Part shown: positions 36,502 through 47,847 of the stretch, one piece after another
Numbering within the stretch: position 1 is the stretch's first letter
Layout: every line of letters starts with the position of its first letter
DNA from: Balamuthia mandrillaris
Taxonomy: Eukaryota
Reading direction: 5' to 3'
DNA: 64,000 bases
Assembly: GCA_031835245.2 (NCBI GenBank)
Contig: JAVKOQ020000065.1
Span: 62,001 to 126,000 of the forward strand
Position numbers and translations under genes: made by a program
The notes under the pieces: generated by a model
Database searches by the model: none
What the model was told of the DNA's origin: nothing
Seen by the model: only the letters and a program-made list of their open reading frames with translations

Positions 36502-37534
36502 ATGCAGCCCTCTTCTTCTTCTGGTGGGGGTGGCAGAAAGAGAACAACAAAGGGGCGAGCTTTAGGCGTTCCTGCGTTGCCGATTCAAAAGAGAAAAAAG
36601 TCCCAACCACAGCAAAGCACGAGCAGCAACAAGCGGCGACAACCACTCGGGCTGGGATGCGGTGGCTCCAACGACGAGATCTCTCCTTCGGAGGAGGTCA
36701 TTTGGTTTTACGATGAGAACCGGCCGTGGGGCGAGTTTTCAAACTTTTATGGCAAGAAGCAAGACCGGCGCTTCTCTTTGGTGATAGACGGTCAAGAATG
36801 GAAGACCACCGAGCATTACTTTCAGGTATTTTTTTTTTTGAGTTGGTCTTCACTACAAAGACGTTTTAGTCACGTTTTTTTTTGCGTTGGCCATCCATCA
36901 GGCACACAAGTTCTTGTCTCCCAACGCGAGTCTCGAATGCAAAGAGTATGCTGCTTTGGTGGCCTCCCAGTCCACACCCAACAAAGCTGCTGTCCTCGTA
37001 CTCCCTCCCTCTCTCTCACTCTCTCTCTCTCCTCTCTCCCCACTCTTCTTTTGGTGATATATCTCTTGTCTTAGTAATTGTTACTGTTTAAGGCCAGGCA
37101 ACGTACCGGAGGAGGATACAAGTGGCGGACTGACTTGAATCCCATCATTCAAGAATATCTTGATAAAGGTACTTCCATCCACAGCAGCTTTCTTCAACGC
37201 CAACCCGTTTCTACTATCTTGTTTTTTTGCTTGTTTTTGTCTTGTGAATGTTGACACAACAGGAGTGGAGCTAAGAGAGGATTGGGACGAAGTGTGTGAA
37301 GAAATAATGGAGAAGGCTTTGCATGCAAAGTTCTCCCAAAACCGGTTCTTAAAAGGAGTACTTCTGAGCACCGAAGACAAACAGTTGGTGGAGCATACAT
37401 CACGGGACTGTTATTGGGCTGACGGCGGAGATGGCTCCGGAGAGAATGCTTTAGGCCGCCTTTTGATGAAAGTCAGAGCACAATTGCAGCAACAAGAAAA
37501 AGAACAAGAAAACTCAACAAAGAGAAACTCATGA
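36502..37534 (+). CDS. NADAR (YbiA/RibX-like) N-glycosidase, 4 exons
   Basis: FSNFY, WKTTEHYFQAHKF, DWDEV..IM..ALHAKFSQN..L..LLST, LVEHTSRDCYWADG, NALGRLLMKVR. Confidence 0.93.
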
Positions 37535-37619
37535 AATAAAGGCAAAAAGGATGAAGTCTTCTTTTATTTTGTTGAAACTTTGCTGGGCTAAAACCGAGAC
37601 CTCAAACCGGCTCGGTGTT

Positions 37620-38933
37620 TCACGTGGTAAGCTTTTGTTCCACCTCTACCTTTCCCACTCTGCCAGCATGCCCGTTGAGCCGCAGCCACTGTTTTACCTT
37701 GCGGCCAGTTGTTCGAACATAGAAACTTTGCCTTGCAGGACAGCCCGTTTCCAAGGCCCACACAAAGGTTTCCAGCTGGTCTTGTGCAGCAGCCGCCTGC
37801 AGTGTCGCTGCATCCCAGGTGCATCCGTTCTGCCAAACCCATTTCAGCACCTCGAGATGCCCTCCCCCAGCTGCTGCTGAAGAAGTGTAATGGTCCCATG
37901 GAAATTTATGCTCGCGAAGCCACTTCAAGATGTGAAGGTGTCCTCCCGCAGCAGCATTCTTGCAGTAGGTGCTGGCCCAGATATAGCTATTTGGTTTGGC
38001 CCAAATCAAAATATCCAGATGACCCCCTTTCGTAGCCCCTTTGCAGGCCTCTGACTTGTCGAAGTGCCCGGTGGACCTTTTGATCCACTTTAGAATATTG
38101 AGGTGTCCTTCTTCTGCTGCACCTAAACATGCTTTTGAGTCCATATTGCAGCCATGTTCGTAAGCCCATTGTAGTAAATCCAAGTGCCCTCCTTTGGCTG
38201 CCAGGTAAGTGGTTTCCTCATCCCAATTGCAGCCGTTTGCTCTCAGCCATTTCAGGACGGAGAAGTGGCCTTGACCAGCAGCAGCACTGCAGGTTTCCTC
38301 GCTCCAAGGACAGCCATTGCCATGAGCCCATTCCAGCACATCCATGTGCCCCCCAGCCGCAGCTGCATGGCAGGTGTCCTTGTACCATGGGCAACCCCTT
38401 TCACGAAGCCATTGCAAAACTTCCAGATGCCCACATGCCGCCGCCCCTTGACAGGCACTTGTATCCCAGGGGCAACCCTCCTCTAGAAGCCACTCCACCA
38501 TTGCCATGTTGCCTTTCATCGCCGCAACAGCAAACGTCGCCTCGTCCCTCTGGTATTGTAGTTCGTTGGCCCATTTTAGCACTGAGAGCTCTCCGCTCCT
38601 GGCTACATGGGCTGCACTCCAGGGGCAGCGTTGTTCCTTCGCCCATTGTAAGAGAGCACGAGAGGAACAAATGGAGGAGAGATGGATAACGTTCCTCTGT
38701 GGAAGTGGTGCACATCGATGCCAGCTGTGCGACACTCTTGCGGCCAGGGCCACAAAACTGGGCGGAAGAAACGAATAGATGTGGCAGATAGTCTCGTCTG
38801 GAAGCGGAATACTCCAGTTCACCAAAGCTTCCGGTTCTTGTACGTTGACCTTACCGGCAGCAGCTCGTTTTCTTTCCCTCGCCCTGCGCCTCCTCATGTT
38901 TCTTTTGTTAGGAGTGCTTGAGGATGTGCCCAT
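37620..38933 (-). CDS. F-box plus GCPW-type ankyrin-repeat protein, intronless
   Basis: LPDETICHIYSFLP followed by about 11 repeats of AA..GHL.VL.W....GCPW; open frame. Confidence 0.9.
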   Translation of the reverse strand: MGTSSSTPNKRNMRRRRARERKRAAAGKVNVQEPEALVNWSIPLPDETICHIYSFLPPSFVALAARVSHSWHRCAPLPQRNVIHLSSICSSRALLQWAKEQRCPWSAAHVARSGELSVLKWANELQYQRDEATFAVAAMKGNMAMVEWLLEEGCPWDTSACQGAAACGHLEVLQWLRERGCPWYKDTCHAAAAGGHMDVLEWAHGNGCPWSEETCSAAAGQGHFSVLKWLRANGCNWDEETTYLAAKGGHLDLLQWAYEHGCNMDSKACLGAAEEGHLNILKWIKRSTGHFDKSEACKGATKGGHLDILIWAKPNSYIWASTYCKNAAAGGHLHILKWLREHKFPWDHYTSSAAAGGGHLEVLKWVWQNGCTWDAATLQAAAAQDQLETFVWALETGCPARQSFYVRTTGRKVKQWLRLNGHAGRVGKVEVEQKLTT

Positions 38934-39429
38934 AGTCGTGCGCTGTGTGTGCCAAAGCTTCGAAAAAAAAAAAAAAAAACAAACAAACAACTATATCTCA
39001 AGCAACTATAAAAGACAAAGGAAAAAAAAAATAGGAACCGGATACCACAATGTAACCATTCCGACGCACTCGGAGGAACAGACACGCCCAATGGCAGTGC
39101 AGCTCTCAGTGATCGATTCTCCGCTTAGGGATCTCACTCGGAATAGCCAATAGGAAAACATATGTCTGATCACATGTCGACATGAATACACCCTTGGTGC
39201 TTTCCATGTCGACACGAAATTTGCGTCAGTTTAAAATACCATCAAAAAAAAAACAAAGAAGAAGAAAGGGGATTTTTCGCCAAAGAGGACGGGCATGTTG
39301 TGGCACCGGCGGTGTGCCTCCCCCCCTTGGTTCAAGACAAAGCTTTGCTCCTGGCCTAGCTCCACGCAACGGTGGCTGCTATTACCACCAGCAGCATCCT
39401 CACTTTCATCCGCAGCAAACCACAACACC

Positions 39430-39978
39430 ATGGCAAAACGTGTGGCCTCCTCCTCCTCTTCAAAGAAAGCAACTGCTGCTGCAGCTGCAGCTTCCTCCTC
39501 CTCTTCGCCTTCTTCACTTCCTTCTTATCTCAAAGCACAAGGCCATGACACTCTGTTGCAAGTGTGGGTCAAACCAAATGCCAAAACATCTGCTATCACT
39601 GGTGGGTTTCACTTTGCCTTTCCTCTCTTCTCTTCTCTTCTCTCCTCTTTCTTTCTTTGCTGAACTCCTCCTCGTGGTCACAGAGGTCAATGAGGAGGGC
39701 TTGGGCGTGTCCCTGAACGCGCCGCCAGTGGAAGGCAAAGCCAACAGCGAGCTGCTGAGCTTCATGGCCGAGGTTCGTCGCTGGCAAGCCCGCTGGCCCT
39801 TCCTCTCCGCACCCAAAGCTCACACACACACAAAAAGACGTTGCAGGTGAAAAAGAACCAAGTGTCTTTGCACAAGGGCGCCAAGTCGCGAGCCAAAGCC
39901 GTTCTCATCAGCAACACCTCTCCCGAGGAGATCCTCCGCCTTCTCCATCGCCACCTCCCTTCTTCTTCTTCTTCATGA
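39430..39978 (+). CDS. UPF0235/DUF167 (YggU/C15orf40-like) protein, 3 exons
   Basis: VWVKPNAKTSAIT|EV..VSLNAPPVEGKANSELLSFMAE|TLQVKKNQVSLHKGAKSRAK. Confidence 0.9.
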
Positions 39979-40135
39979 GAAAGAAGGAAGGACGGGAGGG
40001 GAAGGAAGGGAAGGGAAAGGGAAGGAATAACAAAAAGACAAACACTTAGAAGAAGGGGCTTAAAAAAAAGAAGACCTGTTTACAAAGGTATGGGGAGAAG
40101 AGAGATAGCGGTGAAACTGCGTGATGGCAAAACTA

Positions 40136-41765
40136 CTACTCTTCGTACTCTGAAGTGCCGGCCCGCCTCCTAACAGCAGCAGCTGCATCATCCCGTCTTG
40201 GAGCTGTGTCGTTGTTGTTGCGCATGCTTTGTCCCGATGATGATGAAGAAGAAGAGGAGGGGACGGACGCATCGACATTGCTGCTACCGCTTCCACCAAA
40301 CAAAAAGGAAGAGACGTAGGAAAAGGCAGACGACAACAGTCCTCCTTCTTGTTGCTGTTGTGGTTGCTGGTGTGAAGATTGTTGTGCTATGGATCTGGTC
40401 GATGAGGGACTCGCGGTTGGAACCATCCCTAGTCCAGGCTGTAAATGTACTTTTTGTTAATAAATAGGAAGACACACCAAAGAAGAAAGACTGAAAGAGA
40501 GAAAGATACCCGAAGGATGAGGGTGGCAGTTGGCACCAGATTGAGTTGTTGGAGGGTCATGTTGTACTCATCCCCCTCGTAAATGTGTCTGGGAAAGTTG
40601 GTGAGAAAGCCAACATCGGCTGGATAGGCATAGCTCTGTTTTTGTATCAGTTTTAGTATCACTAAAGTCGACAGAGAAGAAAAACGTTTGCGAGGAAGAG
40701 AGAGAGAATCGCACGTTCATAACAAATTGTCTGCAGTTTTGGAGGGTATCATCGGCGTTGAATTGTTGTTTTACGGTTTGACCATCTAACAACCGAAATA
40801 CGATCAGCGTATGATCGTGTCGTTGTTGTGGCGGTGATGGAGTGTTCGAAAGGGATAAGGAGGAAGAAGAGGAAGGAGGGGAAGAAGACATGTCTGCTGT
40901 AGGAGAAGTACTCTCTACTCCACTCTGTAATTTAAAAGGGAATAAAGATTAGATAATAAAGAAAGAAGAACAAGGACCAACGAAGGGAAGAAGAAGAGAA
41001 GAAGAAGAAGAAGAAGAACGAGAAAGTTACCAACGCAGCGCGTTTGGCAGCGCGTTCTTTTCGATCGCGTTCGATCTTTTCCTTGATGCGCTGTCGAGCA
41101 AGCTTCTCTTCCTGTTTTTCTTTCTTTCTTTGTTCAATCTCTCTCTTTAGCTTCAATTCCTCTTGTTTTCTCAGCGCGTCTTGCATCGCCTTTCCGCTTT
41201 CTCGTCTCTGTCTTTCTCGTTCTTTCTCTCGCTATCAATGCGAATTATTGTGAGAAAAGAAAAAAAAACATAAAACAGCACAACACACTAACCTCTTCCT
41301 CTTCCTTTTGCTTTCTTAGTTTGATTTCTTGTATTTTCTGCAGTGCACGAGCTTTTTGTTCTTCCAAAGTCAATTGTTGTTGCGAAGAAGCGATTTCACT
41401 TTCTTCTTCTTCTTGCCTGGGGTTGTGATTCTCAGAACTGACAGAAGAAGCTGATGACGAAACAGAAGTTGGTTGCGTCGATGCATCAACAGGAACTGTT
41501 GGTGCTTCGGTTGGTTGTCGTTGCTCTTGTTGGGCGGCTTCAAGTTTTTGTTGACATTCCTGCAGGGTACTTAAAACTCTAAACCAATGCAGGTGTCAGG
41601 TGCTTAGAAAAGAGAAGGAGCCAAGAAGAGAAAGAGAGACGCAGAGAAGCATAGAAGCGAAGAGAATCCAGAACAGAACAGAAAATCAGATAAGAGAGAG
41701 CAGAGGGAGAAAGCAAATGGGAGAGAAAGGAAGCGAAGAGAATCCAGAACAGAACAGAAAATCAG

Positions 41766-41804
<39 letters not shown>

Positions 41805-41990
41805 CGCAGAGAACAACAGAAAAAGCGATAGCAAGAAGCGTTAGAGAAATAAAGAAACAAACTTGGCAGAGTCCTGGTATCCAGTCAAAGCAGAGAGAGG
41901 GGCGCCGTTGGGGGCGATGAAGTACACGGTAGGAAGCTGAAACGCTGGGTCTGTAGTCGACACGCCAACAAACCGTCAATCGAGTTGGAA

Positions 41991-42029
<39 letters not shown>

Positions 42030-42461
42030 AGGAGAACGAACAAATGCTCAGAAAGTTCTTGCCGTCATCCGAGTTCCATTGCAAACGTAGCGCCACTGCC
42101 AAGCGCCCGATTTCTTTGCACAGCTCTTCATCTCGCCACGTCTCCTCGTTCATTCGTTTACACTCTTCACTTTGCTCGTCATCTGTTTGTTTTTTTTTTT
42201 TTTTTGTGGATGGTTGCAAAAGAAAACAAAAAAAATAAATTCACTTCAGACAACAAATGAGTTTGTGATGAGAAGAAGAAAAAAAAAACCTTGAACGGTG
42301 ACTAACAGGATGAGTCCCAGTTTGGCCTTGGCGATGGCCTCCACCACAGAGCCTTGAAAGAAAGGAGAGACCATGGGCGACGAGAAGGAAGAGGTCTCTC
42401 CTTCTCCCTCTGCTGCTGCTGCTGCTACTTGGTCTTGCCCTTCTTGCTCCTCTTCCGCCAT
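40136..42461 (-). CDS. UBXN4/Ubx7-like p97 adaptor: thioredoxin-like N domain, coiled coil, UBX; multi-exon
   Basis: FFQGSVVEAIAKAK N-terminus, ARQRIKEKIERDRKERAAK coil, UBX IVFRLLDGQTVKQQF..TNFPRHIY..TLQQLNLVPTATLIL. Confidence 0.85.
41654..41776 (+). repeat. 47-bp direct repeat in two copies (41654-41700 and 41730-41776) inside a UBX-gene intron
   Basis: GAAGCGAAGAGAATCCAGAACAGAACAGAAAATCAGATAAGAGAGAG is duplicated exactly. Confidence 0.85.
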
Positions 42462-43068
42462 TTTCTTCCACTTCTCTCTCTTTTCTTTTTGTCGTTTTTG
42501 ATTTTTGGGCTTTGATTTTTCATTGGACCACAGAGTTACTGCGAAATGGACGCATTCTTTTTAGTTTGGCGGAATGTCCGGTAACGTCCCGCAAAAAAGT
42601 TGGCAAGTCCACCAGGACTTTATTTTCCCTTGAGCGAATCACAGCATTTCACCAAGCACGCTGCAGAAGGGACTGGTCCGCAAGGAAAGAGAACCATCAT
42701 GGCTTGTGCCCGCCACAAAGAAAGAACTACCAAAACATTCGTCACAACCAAACCGTCTCCCTTCTTCTCCTGCTCCTTCTCCTCTTAGCATTGCTGTTCA
42801 AGAAAGCGTATGACAAAAAGGGACAGAGGAGGAGGAGGAGGAGAGCGTTATACCGAGTTCATTTGAGGGGGAATAAAAGCTCGCAACAGCTAATTGTTGG
42901 GGAGGATACTGGAGTGGTTATGCTTGCCATGGAGGCTCACATTTGTGATCTTCAAGATAATGGTGTGCATTGGAAGAAAGATAGCAACCTGGCATGACCT
43001 TTATGCATTCTGGCTTTCTTTGTTGTCGTATCGTTCCTTCCTTTTCATCTTTCTTTCTTCTTTCTTGA

Positions 43069-45566
43069 TCAGTGTCGGTGTTGGTGCTCTTCGTCTTCTC
43101 CTTCATGCTCTCCACTGAACCAGGGGCCAAAGGGATCCTCAAAATCGGTCTTCCAGGCGTCAGGTCCTTTTTGCCATTCTTCGTCGGTGAGAAGACATCC
43201 CTCCAATTCTCGTTGTATTTCCTGTTTATCGCTGTCTGACATTATCCCTATAAAGACCAGTTCTTGTCGCCTGTCGCCAATTTCCATCACATCAGACTTT
43301 TCTGTTTGGGTTTGTTCGAAAATAAGCAAACAAAAAAAAAAAGAGGGAGAGAGGGAGGAGAGAGGGAGCATCGAAAACAAAGAAAAAGCAAAACTAACCT
43401 GAAGTAAAGTCTTTCTTGATTTCTTGGTGAGCTTGCGGATCAACTGGCCATTCCTCTTCTGGAATGCAAACAAACCATGGCCCTCCCGATTGGAAGTTAA
43501 ACAATTCTCCTGTTAGTTTAACGAGAAGCAAGGAATGATATGAGCAAAAACAACAATTGAAAACGAGCAATTAAAACGAACCAGCATGGCTCCAATCTCC
43601 CAGTTGGTCGTTCCAGGTGGCGAGCCAAAAGAAGCCTTTAGAGCGAAAGACGCAGTCCAACTTGTCTCCTTCCACCAAGTCCCAGAGCCGCTTCGGATGG
43701 AATGGCCGACGAGCAGTAAACACAAAGTTGGATATGCCGATCAACTTTTGTTGTGTTACGAACTCGCCTTTCATTATCTTCAACCAACCTAAAATAAAGA
43801 ATACAGTAAAAAAATGAGAATAGGACAAGAGAAACGACGAAAAGATAAACATATAAAGAAGAGATAAGAAAGCAGACCTGCAGAGTTTGCAACTTTGGCA
43901 AAGTCGAAAGAATGTGTGTTAAGCACATCATCAAGCTTGACCTGTCCAAATTGAGACTCAACGATTTTGGCGTCTGGATTAAGTGCTGTGAGAATATCAC
44001 GAAGACGATCCAACTCCTCTTTGCTCACCAAATCCGTTTTGTTCAGCACCAACACCGTCGCAAACTCCACTGCATTACAGGCGTTACCATGAATCATAAA
44101 CAGCAAAAAAAATTAAATAAAAGACAGAGTAATGAACTCCAAAAATAAACAAGAAAACAAAAGAGAGAGAGAGAGAGAGAAGGAAGAAAGCAAGAAAAAA
44201 AAAACCTTGTTCCGTCAACAGCGTGGCTATTGGATGATTCGGAGTGTCCTCGAGAGCTAGCTCGACAGCTTTAGCCTGAGCAAGAGCCTTCTTTTTCTCC
44301 TTCTTGGACGCTCCTTCTGGGACATCAGGTGCCACCAAGCCCATATCCCTTTTAAGTTCTTCTCTGTCGAGAACCCCTTCTGTTGTGTTATAGTCCTTCA
44401 AAAAGTGTTTGCAATCAACAATTGTAACTAACGCATCCACTCTCACTATTGTTGTTTTGGTGGTTGAAACAGAACAATAAGACGACGGCACCAAGGAATA
44501 CTAAAGAAACGAGAAATACAAAAGAAAAGGGACGAAGAACATGCCTATGTCAGCCAGCACTTTTCCTCTGCCAATATCAAAGTTTGCAATAGCTTCAACC
44601 ACTTTGAACATTGTTACAATTAGCAAATGGAACGAAGGTTTGAAGAGAAATAAAGGACGGGAAGAGAGAGAGAGAGAGAGAACCAGGTAATGGTTCAGCG
44701 ACGCCAGAAGGCTCGATGATGAGGTAGTCATAAGCTCCTTTCTTTGCAAGTTTCTTTATCTCGCCCAACAGGTCATCCTTCAGCGTGCAGCTTAGTTATC
44801 AAAGCTTGTTTAGTGCATACCTCCAAAAAGATGAAGTCGCGGAAGAACAAGAAGAAGAACAAGAACAAGAACAAGAACAAGAAGCACAAAACGCAAACGT
44901 ACCACATGCAACCATTGCTAAGCTCAACCATCTCCCTATCTCCTTTACTCCTAATCCGTTTCATTTCATGAGAGGTTTCATTCAGTTCAGTGATGTGACA
45001 CTCACTCTCCCTCGCGCTCTCTCCTTCTCTCTCGCTCTCCCTCTCTCTTTAAATGCTGGCAGTAGCAGCAGTACTTTTTAGAGGACTTGCTCTCTTTCTT
45101 GACGAGAGTGGCATCGATGTTGACGGAGGCAAGGTCATTCACAATGACTGCTATCTTTTTGCCTTCGATGTTCTGTTTTTTTCAGTACTTCAGAGGAAGC
45201 CCATGAAGAAGAACAAGAAGAAGAACAAGAACAAGAACAAGAACAAGAAGAAGAAAACGTAGATGAACATGCACAAGAGAAGTGATGAAAGTAGTCGAGC
45301 AAGACGAAGAAGAACCGTACCTGAAGAGCATGTTGCAAAAGAGTGGTTTTACCAGCTCCCAAAAAGCCACTGAGAAGCGTGACAGGCTAGATTGAATCGT
45401 TTTGTTAGTCATCGTTTTTTTTTGTTTTGGTAAGGTGAAATGATTTTACCAAAGTCTTTTCTTTAGGCCATTCTAGCACAGTTGGGGCACTGTCGTTCTT
45501 TCCTCCACGTGAGTGATGGGGCGCTTTTTGCAGCTTGTTCTTCTTCTTGCTGGCCTTCGCCTCCAT
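43069..45566 (-). CDS. COG0523/CobW-family G3E metallochaperone GTPase, multi-exon
   Basis: PVTLLSGFLGAGKTT, IAVIVND, ELSNGCICCTL (CxCC), IEPSG..EP, VLNKTDLV, RRPFHPKRL, RSKGFFWLA, GDRRQELVFIG; His-rich tail. Confidence 0.93.
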
Positions 45567-45821
45567 CTTCGTTTTTGTTTGTTTGGCGGATATTATTATC
45601 CAAACATAATACGTTGCCAATTTAAAGGAACACACCTCATAGCCTAACACCATCGAGCTCCACCTGTGCACCTTTTGTGTTGCAAAAACTATTCGGGACG
45701 ACACGGATTTAATAGATTTTGTCGACGAGAACGAGAACGAGAACGATGAAGAGAAGAGAACGATGAAGAGAAGAGAACGATGAAGAGATATCATATCAAG
45801 GACATAGTCTTGTTGAACTTT

Positions 45822-46455
45822 TTACTTCTTGTTCTGTTGCTCATTCCACCAATCCAAAGCTTTCTGACAGGCGAGCTTGCTCTCTCCTTGGTAGTTCTTG
45901 ACGAGGTAGGTAAGATAGTCCCTTCCAGCGGGCGTCCTCACCACGTCCTTCCACTTCTTTCCGGCGTACTTCTTCAGTTGTGGCGGCAGGACTCCTTCCG
46001 GATCAAAAACGGTCGGTTGTTGTTGCTGTTTCTGTTGTTGTTGCTCTCCCTCTTCCTCTTCTCCTTCTCCTCCTTCTTCGCTTTCCTCTGTCTCTTCGCT
46101 AACTTCTTTCTTAGCGTCAGCTTTCGTTGCTTTCTTAGAAGGAGCAGACAGGGAGTTCATCATAGTGGTAAAGACATCCTCTCCGCTGCCTTGCTCCTCA
46201 TCGCCTTGGAACATAATCTTGCCTTCCTTCCAAGGAAAGCCAAAGGGCTTGCGGTCCTTCCTTCGCCAGAGGACCTTCTTCGCACCAGTCTTGGTGTGTT
46301 CGCAGAGGACGCCCACCGCGAATTGGCTCTTCCAAAAGGCAATGTAGGTCGGGTCCCACAGAGAGCTGGCGACGCCAAGATCCTTACAGCAACGCATCAG
46401 CGCCTGAGACTTGGCGGATTCTGTTTACTAAATTATTAGAATATAGGAGAGAATG

Positions 46456-46496
<41 letters not shown>

Positions 46497-47513
46497 GAAT
46501 AAACAAGAAAAAAAAAACAAATCAACAACGAAAGAACAAACCGGAAGCAGTGGAAAGGCCAATGTTTTCAAACATCTGTTGTTCGCCACCCGCTTGGGAG
46601 ACAAACCTGCCGAGGCAATAGAGGGCGTACTCTCTAGTCACTAGCTTTTGCGATCCAGTAGCCTCATGCACTTCAGGAGCTTGTCTTGGCATTAGAGCCT
46701 GATAGAAAAAAAACGATAGGTTCACAGTCAAGAAGAGAAGAAAACAAGGGAGATGCATTGGAGAAATAGATAAAAGAGAACGCAGGAGAAGGAGAAAGAG
46801 AAACGATGAAAGAGAAAGAACACAGGAGACAAAATACAAACCCAGCCACCAGGACCAAAGGCCGTGTTCAGGATGCGACGATAAAAGATCTCGGGCAGGT
46901 AAATAGTGCCATCAGGCTTGATCTCCACCCAGCTGGGGTGAATCTCTTCCAACAGCACGTCCGCCACGTCCGGAGGGAAAGGCTTGGCCGCGATGCCATC
47001 GTAGCTCTGAGGGGTGTAGCAGCCCTCTATCTCGGTGTAGTCGCTGGCATTCCTGGTGCGCACCTCGTGTTGAGCGGCGGCCCACTCCTCCGCCTCGCGA
47101 GCCTCCTCATCCTCATCCTCGTTCCCCTCCTCCTCTTCATCATAGTCCTCGTCTTCTTCCTCCTCTTCTTCCTCGTCGGAAGAGTCTTCTCCCTCCTCCT
47201 CGTGGGGCAAGTTCACTCTCTCGTACACACTGCCGTCTTCCTTCTGTTCTCGCACGAGCTCGCCTTCCTGCGAAGCTGCGGATGGGTCTCCTCCCTCTTG
47301 GGCTTCAGGGTTCTTGCGCCTTGGAGCGCGCTCAACCACGGAGAGGTGGTACTCTCTCCTGCTGCTCAAGATGGCGTTGCTGGTGACGGTGGTCCTCAGG
47401 AAGGAGTTCCACCCGCGGCGAGGCACAGCGGCGGCGGTGACCGTCAGCAAAGAAGCGGTGCCGCCGTTCCTCGCGCCAAAAGAAATCAATCCCGTCGCCA
47501 AAGATTTTTGCAT
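45822..47513 (-). CDS. MGM101: Mitochondrial genome maintenance protein Mgm101 (Rad52-like) with a C-terminal extension, 3 exons
   Basis: Presequence, [68 protein letters not shown]. Confidence 0.95.
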
Positions 47514-47847
47514 GGTTGTGGCTCAATCAATCTTTTGGATAAGACAAGTCAGCACACCAAGAGGGGGGGAACAACACAAGAAAAGATACCCCCACAGTAC
47601 CAAAGGAAAGAAGAAGAACAAGATCCTGCGCAGCCGCTGCTTTCTTGCTTCTCTCTAAAAAATAAATAAATAAAATAAAGGCCGGATCAAAGTCACCGTT
47701 TTCCACGCTGACGTCAGATCCTACAGCAATTCTATGAGTCCCGCCTTTTTACGCAGCGGCAACCGCACCACAAAGAGAGGCAGATAGTGTCCAATGACAA
47801 CCCTAAAAATATATTTTTCCTGGAATCGCCTTAAAAAAATTGAAATT

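Noticed and set aside
42512..43011. ORFs between the UBX and CobW genes
   Set aside because: No motif or consistent exon structure found; left unannotated.
45725..45790. Short (GAGAAC)n and 17-bp tandem repeats
   Set aside because: Ordinary slippage repeats in the MGM101 3' region.
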